The translations under genes were made by a program, and so were the position numbers. 64,000 bases of DNA from Vitrella brassicaformis CCMP3155 (lineage: Eukaryota > Protista > Chromerida), in the NCBI GenBank assembly GCA_001179505.1, contig CDMY01000455.1, positions 9,444 through 73,443 of the forward strand. The letters run 5' to 3'. Position 1 is the stretch's first letter; every line of letters begins with the position of its first letter. A model generated the notes under the pieces. The model was not told the origin of the DNA. It saw nothing but the letters and a program-made list of their open reading frames with translations, and ran no database searches. Below, one piece after another: positions 1 through 12,200 of the stretch.

Positions 1-216
1 TCACGGTGAAGTCCGGAGCTTGACGAAGCGATTTTTCAGTGAGTGCTGGAGCACTGGCCAGACCTCAGGCGGCATGCGTCATTGAGAGATCTATTCGATC
101 ATTTCCTCCCCCGACGGATTTACTCGCCCCCGAGTTTTCGGGGCCTTCGCAACCGGGGGACAGCAGACGGGAGCATTCCGCATCGTGCGGGCGGATTTTT
201 GTTGCTCTTCGCAGAA

Positions 217-2226
217 ATGGTGTTGGAGGGCAGCACCCCAGGTGGGCATCCCTCACCCCAAGCAGTACTGGACAATGCGAGGAAGCTGTTCGATGCCATC
301 GGGACGCAAGGGCCCTATGACCACACAGTGCAGCAGCGAGGATTGGAAGCCCTCGAGGCCGACATTGCCGCCGTCATGACCGACATCTGCCACCTGATAG
401 CGTCGGCCAGTGATCCGCAGCTTCGCACTGACGTCATACGTCAGCTGGTCCGGCTGCTATCGATCGAGCATATGAACGGCAACGCCATTGACGAGAAGGC
501 TTTCAGCGCCGGTGTGGTGCCTGTGTTGGTGGAGCAGCTGAGGTTCTCGCTGACGAAAGGACCGGCAGAGGAGGTGGAGGGGCTGGTTGCGGCCTTGGCC
601 CTCGGCATGCTGGGGGCTCGCCATGCCACGGCATTTGTCGATGCCGGTGCCATCCCGCCCCTGGTACAGCTGGTGTCGTCACCTAATGATTACGTGCGTT
701 TGGGGGCCGTCGGGGCGCTGAAAAAGGTCACGGAGGGATCGGTGGCCCGTCGCGATGCGGTGCTGGCGGCGGGCATCCTGCAGCCGCTGCTGGTGACGAT
801 ACGAGAGAGCACCATGACCGATGTGGTCGCCATGGGTGTCCAGCTGGTGGCCACTCTGTGGAGTGTCCAACCTCGGCCTCCACTGGCCGACTTGGCTCCC
901 TTCGTACCGGAGCTTGTCCGCCTCTTCAGCGCCCCTCAACAGGACGAGTGTGTGAAGGTGAAGGCACGAGGGGCGTTGGCGTATGTCGGGGTGCTGTGTA
1001 TCGAGGCTTACGGTTAGTCGCCACACATGAAGGCACAAAACACAAGCATCGGCTGCATAACTCGCTGTGTCCTGATTGCCTCTGATTGGTGATTCCCTCA
1101 TAGGTACCGACGCTGACCGTGACGCGTTGGTCGGGTGTGGCGCCGTGGCGTCGATCAAGACTCTGCTGGAGGCAGCCGACCCACGGATGAAAGACATCGC
1201 ATGCTTGACGGCGACGGTCCTGACTGGAGGTAAGCCGGCCGCGCGCTCACACACATCCCATCAAAGACAGCACCTGCGTCAGGTGTAAGGTGCTGTGGAT
1301 TGGTTGCTCTCACCGACAGGCGGCCGTCGATGGTGGGCTCGTGCCTCTACTCGTCCACGCGGCGGCCAGCGAAGAGGCTCATGTCCGCTATAACGAGACG
1401 GCAGCGATGGCCATTGCAAACGTGCTCGCCCAGGGATCGCAGCAACAGGTGACTGACAAGGCACTCAGGCCGCTTGATGTGTGTGTTCGTTCATTTGTTC
1501 AATCGTGCAGGTCGAGTATGTGGTTGAGTGTGGCGGCATCCAGCCCCTCTGTGACCTGATCGATGTCGACAACAACCGCAACCTTTTTATCGGTGTCATG
1601 CTACTGAAAATAATACTCAGGTAGGTCACACACACACACACACGTCCCTCTGAATTACCTACCAGTTGTCTGTTGCCCTCGTGTGTGCAGTTCGGGTCGT
1701 GAGAAGCAGGCCAACGAGGGCCTCCCCGACAATCCCTACTGCATGCTGGTCGAGCAGGTGAGACAGAGAGAGAAGAGGACACCACAACCCTGGGCACAGC
1801 CACATGGCCGGCTGTTTCGTTCGGCGTCTCACGCAGGCCGGCGGTGTGGATAAGATAGCGACACTGCAGGCGCACACCAACATGGACGTCGCAGCGCAGG
1901 TGACCTGTCTGCCTTCACGGCCCGTGTCGTGTGGCAACAAAGGCTGCAGACATACACTCTAGTGTGTTGTCCTTTCCTCTCTTGTTCAGGCCATCATCAT
2001 ATTTGTGGGCTGCTTCCCGGCTCGTGTGGACGTGCGGCGAGTGGAGGCATTGGTGGATGTCGGCGTGATCCAGGTGGTCCGTCAGCCAGGTGGCGGTGAG
2101 GACGACAGGGCCACCCGCGTAAGCGACGACAGCGAAGGGGATGGAGAGAGTGGGCCGTCCACGTCCCCCTCCTGCTGGCCATGGGGGTGGGAGATGTGGC
2201 GGATAGATCGATGGGTCGCTTCATGA
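217..2226 (+). CDS. Importin-alpha-derived armadillo-repeat protein, copy A (multi-exon, no IBB domain; possibly splice-damaged)
   Basis: ATG at 217 follows an acceptor (ttcgcag). ARM-like repeats AGVVPVLVEQL and AGAIPPLVQLVSSPND. Later exons give YVVECGGIQPLCDLIDV, NPYCMLVEQ|AGGVDKIATLQAHTN and AIIIFVGCF, matching the importin-alpha C-terminal YLVEQGCIKPLCDLL...NPY..IEEA.GLDKIE.LQ.H pattern. Last exon 1991-2226. Confidence 0.75.
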
Positions 2227-2558
2227 CTAGGTATGTGTGTGTGTGGATATATGTACGTTCGTATGGGTATAGCGCAAAGTTGAAGAGGTATCGGCATGAA
2301 TGCGTTGTCCATTTTGCAGACATCCTTTTACTGTGCTGCAGTTCGTCAATGACATCTTTCGTTCAAGGAGATTCCGCTGGCTGACCAATGCGTCACGTCG
2401 CAGCTTTCCAGCGCAGCATGACTCATCGGACAGCCAAGGGAAAGGCACCGGACGAAAGGCCGCCATTCACACAGACAAACCCACAAGTGCATCCGTCATC
2501 CAATCACACGATAAAGCGCCGCACACAGTCAAACCTCATCTGTGCAGATGCATATGCA

Positions 2559-3498
2559 TCAGAGTCTCTCCCCTCTGTACAGCCCATGCTCCCGTATGTA
2601 CTCCAGCACACACAGCGGTGTCAGCCCTTCACACAGCCTCTCACGCCCCATTGGCCGCCCCAGCCGCGCACGCAGCGCCGTGGACGATATGTCGGTGACG
2701 AACAGATCCAGCTCGCCGGCCTTGGCGTCGTCCTCCAGACACCTGTAGGTGATGCCCGGCGGCCATCTGGGGTCGGCTGGGGTCGTCTCGGCGCCCTGAC
2801 GTGGCACCACCAGGAAGCGGCACTCCTTCATCAGAAGAGGGCCGTGCTGCCTGCATGCAGAGACAGACAAGGGAGGGGGTGAAAGGGAGGGAATGTGTGT
2901 GTTCTGTGTGCGGTGTGGGTACCATTTTTGGAGTGTGGTGACGAGGTCGCTGCCGATGATGAGCCAGAAGTCGATTGAGGGGTGCTCGCTGGCGTAGCGC
3001 TTCATCAGCTCATACGAGGGGATGAACTGCCCGTGATCCACCTCGGTAGACATCACCTGCACAGACACACAACGCCACACCGATACACACCAGCGGCATC
3101 CATCTGTGTCTGCAGGAATCTCTGGTCATTACCTTGATGGGGAAGTCGTGTGAGAACGATGCCTCGACGGCCCTGCGGCACATCTCGAGCCGATGGCGCG
3201 CTGCCCCTGTGGTCTTCTTGTCGGGCCGGTTGCCGCAGGGCACTATCCACACCTCATCCACACTACCGCAGTGAAGAACCTGCGCGGCCGTCTGCAACGC
3301 ACACACGTATGCGGGGGCATCCATCCTTTGTGTGAATGGATGGTGGGGTGCGAACCATAATGTGGCCGACGGTGATTGGATCAAAGCTGCCGCCGAAGAC
3401 TCCTACCCTGCAAACACACACACAGGGCGCCGCTGTGTGCACAGCTCAACTATCAACGGCAAGAGATCTTTGTACCTTTTCTTGCTGTTCGCATTCAT
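2559..3498 (-). CDS. NMNAT: Nicotinate/nicotinamide mononucleotide adenylyltransferase (NadD/NMNAT family)
   Basis: Spliced exons give MNANSKKR|VGVFGGSFDPITVGHIM (GxFDP-x-T/HxGH motif), DEVWIVPCG, RLEMCRRAV, WLIIGSDL, DISSTALR and VLEYIREHGLY. Confidence 0.92.
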
Positions 3499-3792
3499 CA
3501 CGGGAACGCACACGCGTCGCAGCGCCAGATCTCTTCCTAGCACCCCAACTCTCTCGCTCTCGTGGGGTTTTCCTACTCAGCCAGACCTCGCGACTCACGG
3601 ATCCATGAAATTGACATCAGCTACAGCCTCCTGGCCTCCTGTGCTTTCACAGAAGGTGCATCTCAGCCCTCATTGTCGCTGTTTTCCCCACGCTCTGGCG
3701 ATCGGTCTGCGAGCTTAGCCGACGGACAAAGAAAGAAGGTAGAAGGGCAGTTCCTGCTTGCTGCGTTCGTCTCTCAAGGGTTCGATCGAGGT

Positions 3793-6085
3793 ATGGCTGC
3801 CAACGAGGGACCAGAGGTGAACGTGGAGGCCAATGTGACGGATGAGAAAGATGAGGGCAAGAGGGCTGCGGATGCGCCGGCCGAGGACGAGCCAGCCGAC
3901 AAGAAGGCCAAGCTCGATGACGGCACGGCAGCGCCCAAGGTATCGGTCAACATGGGGGAGGTGCGGCGACAGGTCGAGTACTACCTCTCCGACCAAAACC
4001 TGCGCCAGGACAAGTTCTTCCACGAGAAGATCTCCTCAGCCAACGACGTGAGTGCGGATGAGAGAAGGCACCGAAGCCATACACCCATCCTCATGCATTC
4101 AGACATACCAAATGCTCCCGGAGTTTGTTCGTGTGTGTTGTTGGTTCCTGTCAGGGATGGCTTGACATGAAGTTGATCTTGGAGTGTCCGCGCATGAAGC
4201 TGCTCAAGGCGACGAAGGAGAACGTGCTGGAGGCTCTCAAAGGCTCGCATCTCGAGATCAAAGACAACGAAAGTGAGGGAGGGAGGGAGTCATGACGGTG
4301 TGTGTCCTTTCTCACTTGTGAGCTGTGCGCTCACTGCCTCCCTCTCTGTTGGTTACTTTGGTTCTCTCAGCTGGCTGTGCCGTTCGACGGCTGACTCCGC
4401 TGCCCACCTTGGTGCCTCGCTCTGAGAGGAAGCAGAAGAACGAGCCAGGCAACGTCAGATACTCGGCACATCTCGGCGGGTGGGTGACCATCGATGGGAA
4501 GGATGCACACACATACATGCGACGGAATTTATACCTGTGTGTGTGTGTGTGCGCTGGTGTGTGCGGATCAGTGTGGTCTTGTCGATCAAGGACATCCCGG
4601 AGGAGGTGTCGTGGAACGCCGTGCGGGACAGACTCGGGGACCGCGTCAAACCACAAGGCGTAAGTGAAGACCAGGCAGCCACGCGCCATTTGCCCTTGTG
4701 TCCATCGCTGTCTGTCTACACATCTATCTATGTGTGTAAATGCATCAAACGATCCATCCATCAGGGCAAGGTAGAGTTCGCGACTCAGGTCAAGACTGAG
4801 AACTCCGAGAGCGTGCTGCTGTGCTCGCCATTCGACGGAGATGTCGACTTCCTGGATGGGGTAAGCCTTCGTGGGAGGGAGGAAGGGAGAGAAAGGCTTC
4901 GACTGTCGACCGATGGGTGTGCCTCGTGTGTGTCGTCCCTCCTACGACTATCAGTTGAAGATTGACCTGGCCGGCCGTGAGTGTGAGGCCAAGGTGCTCT
5001 ACGGCGATGCGCTCAAGAAGGGCATCAAGGTGTGTAGCTCAGCCGAGCAACTGTCACTGATAAATGTCCTCATATCAGCAGCATGCCTGTGTGTGTTTGT
5101 GTTGGTATGACTGACTGTGGTGGGTGCAGGACATTCCGCCGCACTTGATCAAAAAGCGCGAGAAGGCCGCTATGAAGCGGCGACAGGCACAGGTACTCTT
5201 TCATGCAGCGCTCGTGCTGCCGCGCCGTTCATTGTGCTCTCATTATGCCGCTGGATTGGATGGTGCTGCTTTGTGCATGTGTGTGTGCCTAGGGTCAGGG
5301 CAAGGGCGGCGGGCAGATATCGCTCGCCGGCCAGTCCTTCGGCAGCGTCAACAAACTCAGAAACCGGCTCAAGGTGAGGGAGCGTCAACACACGCAGCGC
5401 GACACACTCCGTGGATCACATTCCATTCCTGTTGGTCGCACAACACACAGGGCGTGATTGCATCCCACCCCGACAACAAGCCGATGAACAAGGACAGCAG
5501 CGACTACAAACTGGTAAGCACCACACACGCACACACACACACACACACTCTCACACATCGACGCCTGCCCGCCCGTGGTGGTGGTCGGTGTGCAGGTGGT
5601 TGCTCTGCTGGACTACCACCCACGAGCCGATGAGAAGAAGAAGGGTCAGCCAAGCCAGCGGCAACCGTCCGTCCAGCCGATGCTGCCACTCTCACTTAAT
5701 TGCCTCTGCGTGTGTGCAGAAATGACGGGCATCAAGGTGGACGTCAAGGACTTCGACGGCCAGAAGTCTCGATGCTTCCACGTCATCAGAACCGACGGCA
5801 CCTCTGAGGTCGGCTATCAATACGGCACGGACACACGCGTGTTTCTTGTCTGGATGCGTGTGTCCGTGTGTGCAGGATTTCAGCTACACCAAGTGCATGA
5901 GTGAGTACGAGAGGCGGTTGAAGGAGGACACGCCAGCCGCTGCAGCTGCAGCTGCCGCCTTACCTGCAGACGCCAAGCCAGGCGACACCAACGCCAACAA
6001 CCCTGCCGCTGCCAATGCAGATGCAGAGGAGGAGGGCGAGAATGGCAAGAACGGCCAAGACGACAACGGCAGGGGGGCTGACTGA
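3793..6085 (+). CDS. La-motif + RRM-like + DUF3223 (DCL-like) RNA-binding protein
   Basis: La motif VRRQVEYYLSDQNLRQDKFFHEKI...GWLDMKLILECPRMKLL. RRM-like region VVLSIKDIPEEVSWNAVRDRL. C-terminal LLDYHPRADEKKKG..TGIKVD...SRCFHVIRTDGTSE|DFSYTKCM matches the DUF3223/DCL signature (YHP...K...RCF.V.R.DG..EDFSY.KC). Confidence 0.85.
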
Positions 6086-7000
6086 CGATGAATACAATGC
6101 TTGAGCCTGACTGACGGAAGTTAACGAGCCTGACGTGGGAGGATGGTCAGTCAGGTGTTTCTTTCCTTTCGGTTTTTGGGAGTTTCAAGCGACTGGCTGA
6201 AGTTGTGATGTGTTGTGTAAGTGTGTGAGAGTGTCGTCGTGCCAGTGGTGCATCGTGGGTGGATGAGAAGCCGTGTAGGCTTCACTTCACTGGGGTGGTG
6301 TCTGGATGTTGGTGCCTGCCTGTGTGAATGCAATGCGTTTCCTGACCGACCGACCTGTCGAGCGCTGAGTATGCAATGAGAATGAGGCTCCTGGAGACTC
6401 GGCAGGAAGATGAGAGAAAGCCACAGACACGATGCGATGCATTCACTCTGGTGTAATCGTCCGTCATTGTCATTGTCGTGGAAGGAAGGGGGCACATCTA
6501 CTCTACATGGGGGGAGAGTAGGCAGGCCAGGTGATGGCGACATCTATCCATCTATCAGCTACAGTAGGTGCAGGCCAGGCCGGCAGGGCAAGGCTGAGCT
6601 ACACAGTCAGTCACGACATACACACATATCCGGTCCATCCATCCATCCATCCATCGTCGGTCGGTAAGGTAAAAACACACGCCTCTGGCTCACGGCACTC
6701 AGTCGACTCACCCAAATCTGCTACATCTAGCTGAGCTGGACGGACCCTCCTCAGTCGTCCCAGTCAGGTCTGATCTCGACCGCTAGCTACCAAGAGGTAC
6801 CGATGGCCGCCCCATCGTTCCCCCGCCCTCCCTCGTCGCCACAGCTAAGCTACGTACGTCACGCCACCGTCATGTTGTTGAGGACCTCCAGGTCATCAGC
6901 CGTCCCGTGCTTGAGCGTCAGCTTGATGCCGAATCTGTTCAAGCACAGCAGCAGAAAAGAATAATGCACGAATGGATGGATGGAAGGTGTGGCGGCTTCA

Positions 7001-9032
7001 TCAGCCCCACCGCTGCGTCTCGATCCGAACGGCGCGGAATATGACCTCGCAGATGCCCATGCGGCGGTCCGCCGCCCCACCCATGGCAAAGGGGCGCAGC
7101 TGTGGCTGCCCCGGCCCCCCCACCACATGCACGTTGCCGTCCTGGATGATGCTGCGAGTGGCGGCCCTCACGTACTGCTCCACGGCCTGGTTGATGCGAG
7201 TGCTGAGTGGGGCCTCGCCGATGGGGATGGAGGGGGCTGGGGTGAGGTAGGCGGCGATGGTTGTCTGGATCTCGGAGGGCAGCGTGATGTGTGTGGTCTC
7301 GCTGATGGGGATGGGTCGGGTGAGCGATGCCGTGATGGAACGGCTGGGCCGCAGGGCGGTGTTGATGGCACGGATGGACCGTCGAGGCATGGTGCGGTTG
7401 AGGTAGGTGCCGTAGACGTGGAGGATCCATTTGGCGGGGTAGTGGTCCTCCTCGTCGTCGCTATCGTAATCGTAATCGGAATCGTAATCGGAATCGCAAT
7501 CGTAATCGTCGCATCGACGGCGTCTTCTGGGCTGCCGCTTCTCCTCGGCCAGTGCGATTGCCCTCTCTGGTGTGACGCCGGCGGCCGTCACCGAGGCACC
7601 GTGCGACAGCAATTCGACCAGGTGCGACACGTCCTTGTCCTTCTTGTCGACGGGGCGCCACGTGACCTCACTCGCCAACACCGCCAGGTGGTACAGCAGC
7701 GTGCGGCCATCGTTGCGGGGCGTGTTGATGTGCTCTGCCGCACCATATCGATACAGCCCCTCGATGGTCGCCTTGCGGCGCGCACCCGTGAGGTTGAGCG
7801 ACGCGTGCCAGAGTGGTCGCATGCCCTCCCCGTCTGGCGTGTTGACGACGGCACGCCCGCACACCTTGACGAAGTATTCGATGAGCCACTTCTGGGACTT
7901 GGCCGTGGCCAGGGGATCCTGGCAGTATCGGTGGATTGGCTGCATGCCGTCCCGGTCCACTTCGGTGAGGACCGACGGGGCGACCTCGCCGATCTTCTTG
8001 ACGAGACGCAGATGGTCATCCGGAGACAGACCCTTCTCATCCTCTTCTCGCTCCTGTAGCTGGGACAGCAGCGACGTGCCCGCCACATGCGCGCTGCAGC
8101 TGTATTGCGGCTGGAGCAGGATCTCCAGGAGCGGCCAGCGCCCTACCCTGACTGCGAAAGGGATGGCCTCGGCGGCACCTCCCATGTCGATGGGAGCTCC
8201 TGCCTCGAGCAGCACCCGCAGGACCTTGCCGGCCGCCGAACCGGTGTGGTATACCACCAGCCCGATCAGGCTGAGGTGGCGTTCATGCGCCTTTACACCC
8301 TTATTGAGGTCGGCACCCCGGTCGATCAGCCGCTGCGCCCCGGCCTCGTCGATGGTGCCGCATGCGATGCCGATGGCCAGCTGCTTGGTCAGATGGCACG
8401 CGCCGCCGTCGAAGTCCACTGATGTGGGTGGATGGCACGGCCATCCACCCACCTCGTGTGTGTGGATGACGGCTGTATCGTGGAGCCAGGCAGGGAGGGC
8501 GTCTGGGTCTGGCAGGACGGTGAAGGCGGGCGGAGGCTGGTTGCTGCCGAAGAACAACGACGGAGTGAAGGCACGCTCAAACTCCTGCATCCAAGCGAAA
8601 CCGGACACACACATAAATGAAACCAACCGCAGAGACCCCCTGTGCGCGTTGATTGCTAATCTGCTCCGATGGCGTCACGGCGGCCCAGTTGCGACACCAG
8701 TTGATCTCAGTGGACGTGTCGAAAACGATGAGTAGGGCGGCCGAGTGGCGGCTCGGTACGGCGCGCTTCACGCGCATTCGCTTGACGGTCAGGCCATTGG
8801 AGTCCGTCACCACGTACTGGTAAGGGTGACGGCCCGGGGGAATGGGCACACAGACCCTCCAGCCGTCGCATGTGGGGGAGGGAGGCGCCATGCGATGAGT
8901 CTTGCCACCAACCACCAACCACCAACGAAACTGACATGACAGCCGCAAACAAGTCGCACCCTGAGCGGACCACTCGATCACTTGATGCAGATCAGATCTC
9001 CCTCCCGCCGCCTTTGATACCTGATTCGCCAT
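7001..9032 (-). CDS. CBM48-like domain + ankyrin repeats + C-terminal F-box-like motif protein (predicted splice fusion; start could extend to 9186)
   Basis: ORF 8577-9032 has VIEWSAQGATCLRLSCQFRWW...WRVCVPIPPGRHPYQYVV (AMPK-beta/CBM48-like). A phase-0 intron 8636-8585 (GT...GCAG) would join it in frame to ORF 7001-8626, which carries ankyrin repeats (LIDRGADLN, LLEAGAPID, GMQPIHRY, GMRPLWHA, GRTLLYHL) and LPSEIQTTIAAYL. The ankyrin ORF itself is well supported; the fusion is inferred. Confidence 0.7.
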
Positions 9033-9246
9033 CCTTGAGATCCTCGGCTGCCAATGTGAAGACTACAGGGACGGGTTGTGTCTGGGTGCGCCTGCCTTCG
9101 TCGGGGTGCTCGAGGCGGTGCATGACATCGGCCGGCAACATCTTCCACTTCTGCTCGTCCGTCATGCGAGTGTCGTTGGATTTCATGGACTGAGGGTAGA
9201 CGGATAGCTTTCGGCTTCCGGCTGCGAGCTTAGATGAGTGGAGAAG

Positions 9247-12200
9247 ATGAGTGTGCATTCGGATCTGTCATGGGTGACTTCGTTCGTCGGCCAGCCGCTG
9301 GTGTCGCTGGAGGATTATCTCGAAGGCATCTATCGATTGAAGCGACAACACGCCAGCAAGAGAAGCATCACAATCAGAGATGACCTGCCGCAGGGCGGGG
9401 CGGTACGGGAGGGGGACGCTGAGAGCTACGTGACACTCATGCGGAGGTCGGTCGTCTTCGAAGATGCCCACTTTGAGTCGCCATATCGACGCGAACTCAC
9501 CAAAGTCAGGTGAGTGGCTAAGGTGCCACACACCTGCATGCCCACACGCACACACACGCACTGCAAAGGCGCATAGGCGACAGTGCATTCTTCTGTTCTG
9601 CCTGTCGCTGTCAGTTTGGCCGTGTCATCAACACAGAATGAGGTGTACAAACGTGCCGTGCTGACCGTCCTGCAGAGCCAGCGCAACCGCAGCCCCTCCC
9701 CTCCCTCCATGGCGAGCAGCACCAGCAGCTCCCCTCCCCCGCCCCCAATGCCCGAGCGACACTCCCTGGCGCTGCCCTACCGACTGCATCGCTCCAATCC
9801 CCGGCAGCTGGAGTGCAAGACGCCCACTACCATGGCCACCTGGATGACCTCGGGGGCATGGAAGACGTTGCTGAGCCGGTGTGGTGACAGCGTGATGCTG
9901 CACCTCCTCATCAACTGTGTGGTGTTCTGTGAGGTGCCGCCCAGAGGGGAGGAGGACAACACTAAGAGGGCACCGATCTTCCTGCAGTGTACAGGTAACT
10001 GAGAGGAAATGGTCCCTCAACATCTTATAAGTCATGTGTGTCTGTGGGCCGCTCGTCAGGTCGTCTCCTGACCGATGCTGTCATCGCAGATCTGCGGCGG
10101 TCCCGCTTCCCATTCTCACTTGCCACACCCTCCCGACCGGCACTTCCCCCTGGTCCCCCCGCAGCAGCAGCAGCAGCAGCAGCCAGCCTGCCGGCAAAGC
10201 GAAAGCACGAGCCCACCAAAGACGAGTCGCCAGCCACCAAGCGCGTCAAGCGAGAAGAGCGCACCACAACTACCGCCCCCCTCGCCGCAGCTCAGGTGGC
10301 GCAATCGAGCGGCCGTGCAGAGGCGAGAAGGAAGCAGCGGAGAAGGAGCAGAGGAGGGAGGTACAAGAGCAAGAACAGGCGGGAGGGAGGGGGTGGGGAC
10401 GGGCCATCACGTCCTGGTCGGCCTATGGACATCTTTGTACCCCGCCATCGCATTTTCTTTGCCAAGTCGTTTTCACTGCGGCCCGGGTTGCCGAGAGACA
10501 GCCCCCTTGAGAAACACAACAAGACAGGTAGGTCAGAGGGGAGGCTGACAGACACAGAGGAGATGCATGGACGCGACGAACAATCGTACCCTGTATGTGT
10601 GTCTTCTCTGCAGAGGAGGGAGCCAAGCTGCTGACCAAGTATGTGTGCTTCGGTGGTGAGCTTTTCCAGCGCCCTGCTGATGCACCGCCACACCCGCCGA
10701 TGGCCACCAAGGCCACACGCATCCAGTGCAAAATCGCCAGGTGATACGAAGAAAAGACACACACACCACGCGCACACTCTCATTCCTAATGCATTGCATG
10801 CACTCCGTTTCTGTGGCACAGGCGCCTGGGTGTGTCAGTGGGGGAGATCCTGTCTAACTACCACGCCAACAAGCACCTCTTCCCCTCCCTCCTGCGCCGC
10901 ACCTGCCCCGCCACACACGCATTCCGAGCCATCAAAGGCCTCCCACCCACTGCCGCCGACAGGAGGCACCAGCAGCCACACGACGAAGATGATGAAATGA
11001 GCGGCGCCAGGACGGTCAAGGCCGACAGCTGCACGCCCACTGAGCCGGCATCGCCCGGGGAGCCGATGGGGGATGGTGGTGACATGGCGATGGATGGCGA
11101 TGACGGTGGTGGTGCTGATGATGTGGACGAGCGTGTGCGGCGAAGGTTCCCCGTGCTGAGCTGCGAGGTCAAACCATCTCAGGTCGTGAGATTCGTCATG
11201 ACCGCTTTTAGGTGAGAGTGAGTCAGAATCAAGATGCGACTTCCATCCATCCATCCCCATGGTCAGGTTAGTGTTCCCGTCGTCTCTGTGGGGCGGTGTC
11301 CACAACACGCGCGTCATTCTGAGGCGGGTGCGGCAGTTCGTAACGCTCAACCGGCAGGAGTCCTTCAACCTGCCCACACTGCTGCACCGACTGGAACTCA
11401 AGCCCATCGCTCTCCGCCACGGCATCGCAAAGTGCAGCAAGGACCAGCTGAAACTGCTGCAGGACTACTACGGCCGCCTCGTCTACTTCGCACTGACGCA
11501 CTTTGTGGTGCCCGTGCTCAGGTGAGGATTGGAGCAGTCGGAAAGAGGCAAGAGGACGGCTGCGATGGGTGTGTCGGGTGTGTGGTGTAGGGCTCACTTC
11601 TTCATTACCCCGGCCGAGCCGTCTGGTCAGCGGGTGCGCTTCTTTCGCAAGGCGGTGTGGCACCGCCTCCATCGCCACGCCGACGCGGCACTTAGGTGGG
11701 CGACACACGGCGCTGTGAGGCAGCAGACACGCACATCTGACCCCATATCTGCGGTACAGGAAGGTGAATTTGGAGCCGATCTATTCGTCGTCGGCCTCGC
11801 CGAGGTCAAAGCTCAAGAAGGGATACAGGTGGCGAGATTCGTGGAGGAGGGGTTTGGCATGGCAGCCAGTCATTTATCGGTGCGTCGATCTATTGTGCGC
11901 AGGTTCCCCTCCGTGCGTTGGCTGCCGAAGCTCAAGGGCATGAGGCCCGTCGTCAACCTGTCCAAGGTTAACACAACACACGAACACTGAGCAACAGAAC
12001 ACACACATACACGTGTCCCATGCTGCATTAGGGCGGCACCATCCCCGCACCGCCGACAGTGAGCGGCCCCTCTCCACCCAGGGCCCTCCCGTCGCCACCC
12101 ACCCCCCCCTCTAATGCCCTCCCCTCCCCCACATCACTCGCCATCGTCCCCCGCCCAGCACAACCACCACCGTTAGCATCACTGGCCGTCCCCTCACGCG

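Noticed and set aside
3775-3795. GGTTCGA T-loop-like sequence as a tRNA
   Set aside because: No acceptor, D or anticodon stems around it; it lies in the 5' UTR of the La gene.
6090-6990. Telomerase RNA gene or template near TERT (also checked 14822-15394 and 60790-61020)
   Set aside because: No 1.5-repeat CCCTAA/CCCTAAA-type template or clear Pol III terminator was found by eye. The GGGTTT pair at about 60849 is too degenerate. A covariance-model search would be needed.
6980-8735. Long antisense ORFs (e.g. 6980-8059, 7572-8735, 54776-55852) as overlapping genes
   Set aside because: These are expected shadows of GC-rich codon usage on the opposite strand and carry no domain signal.
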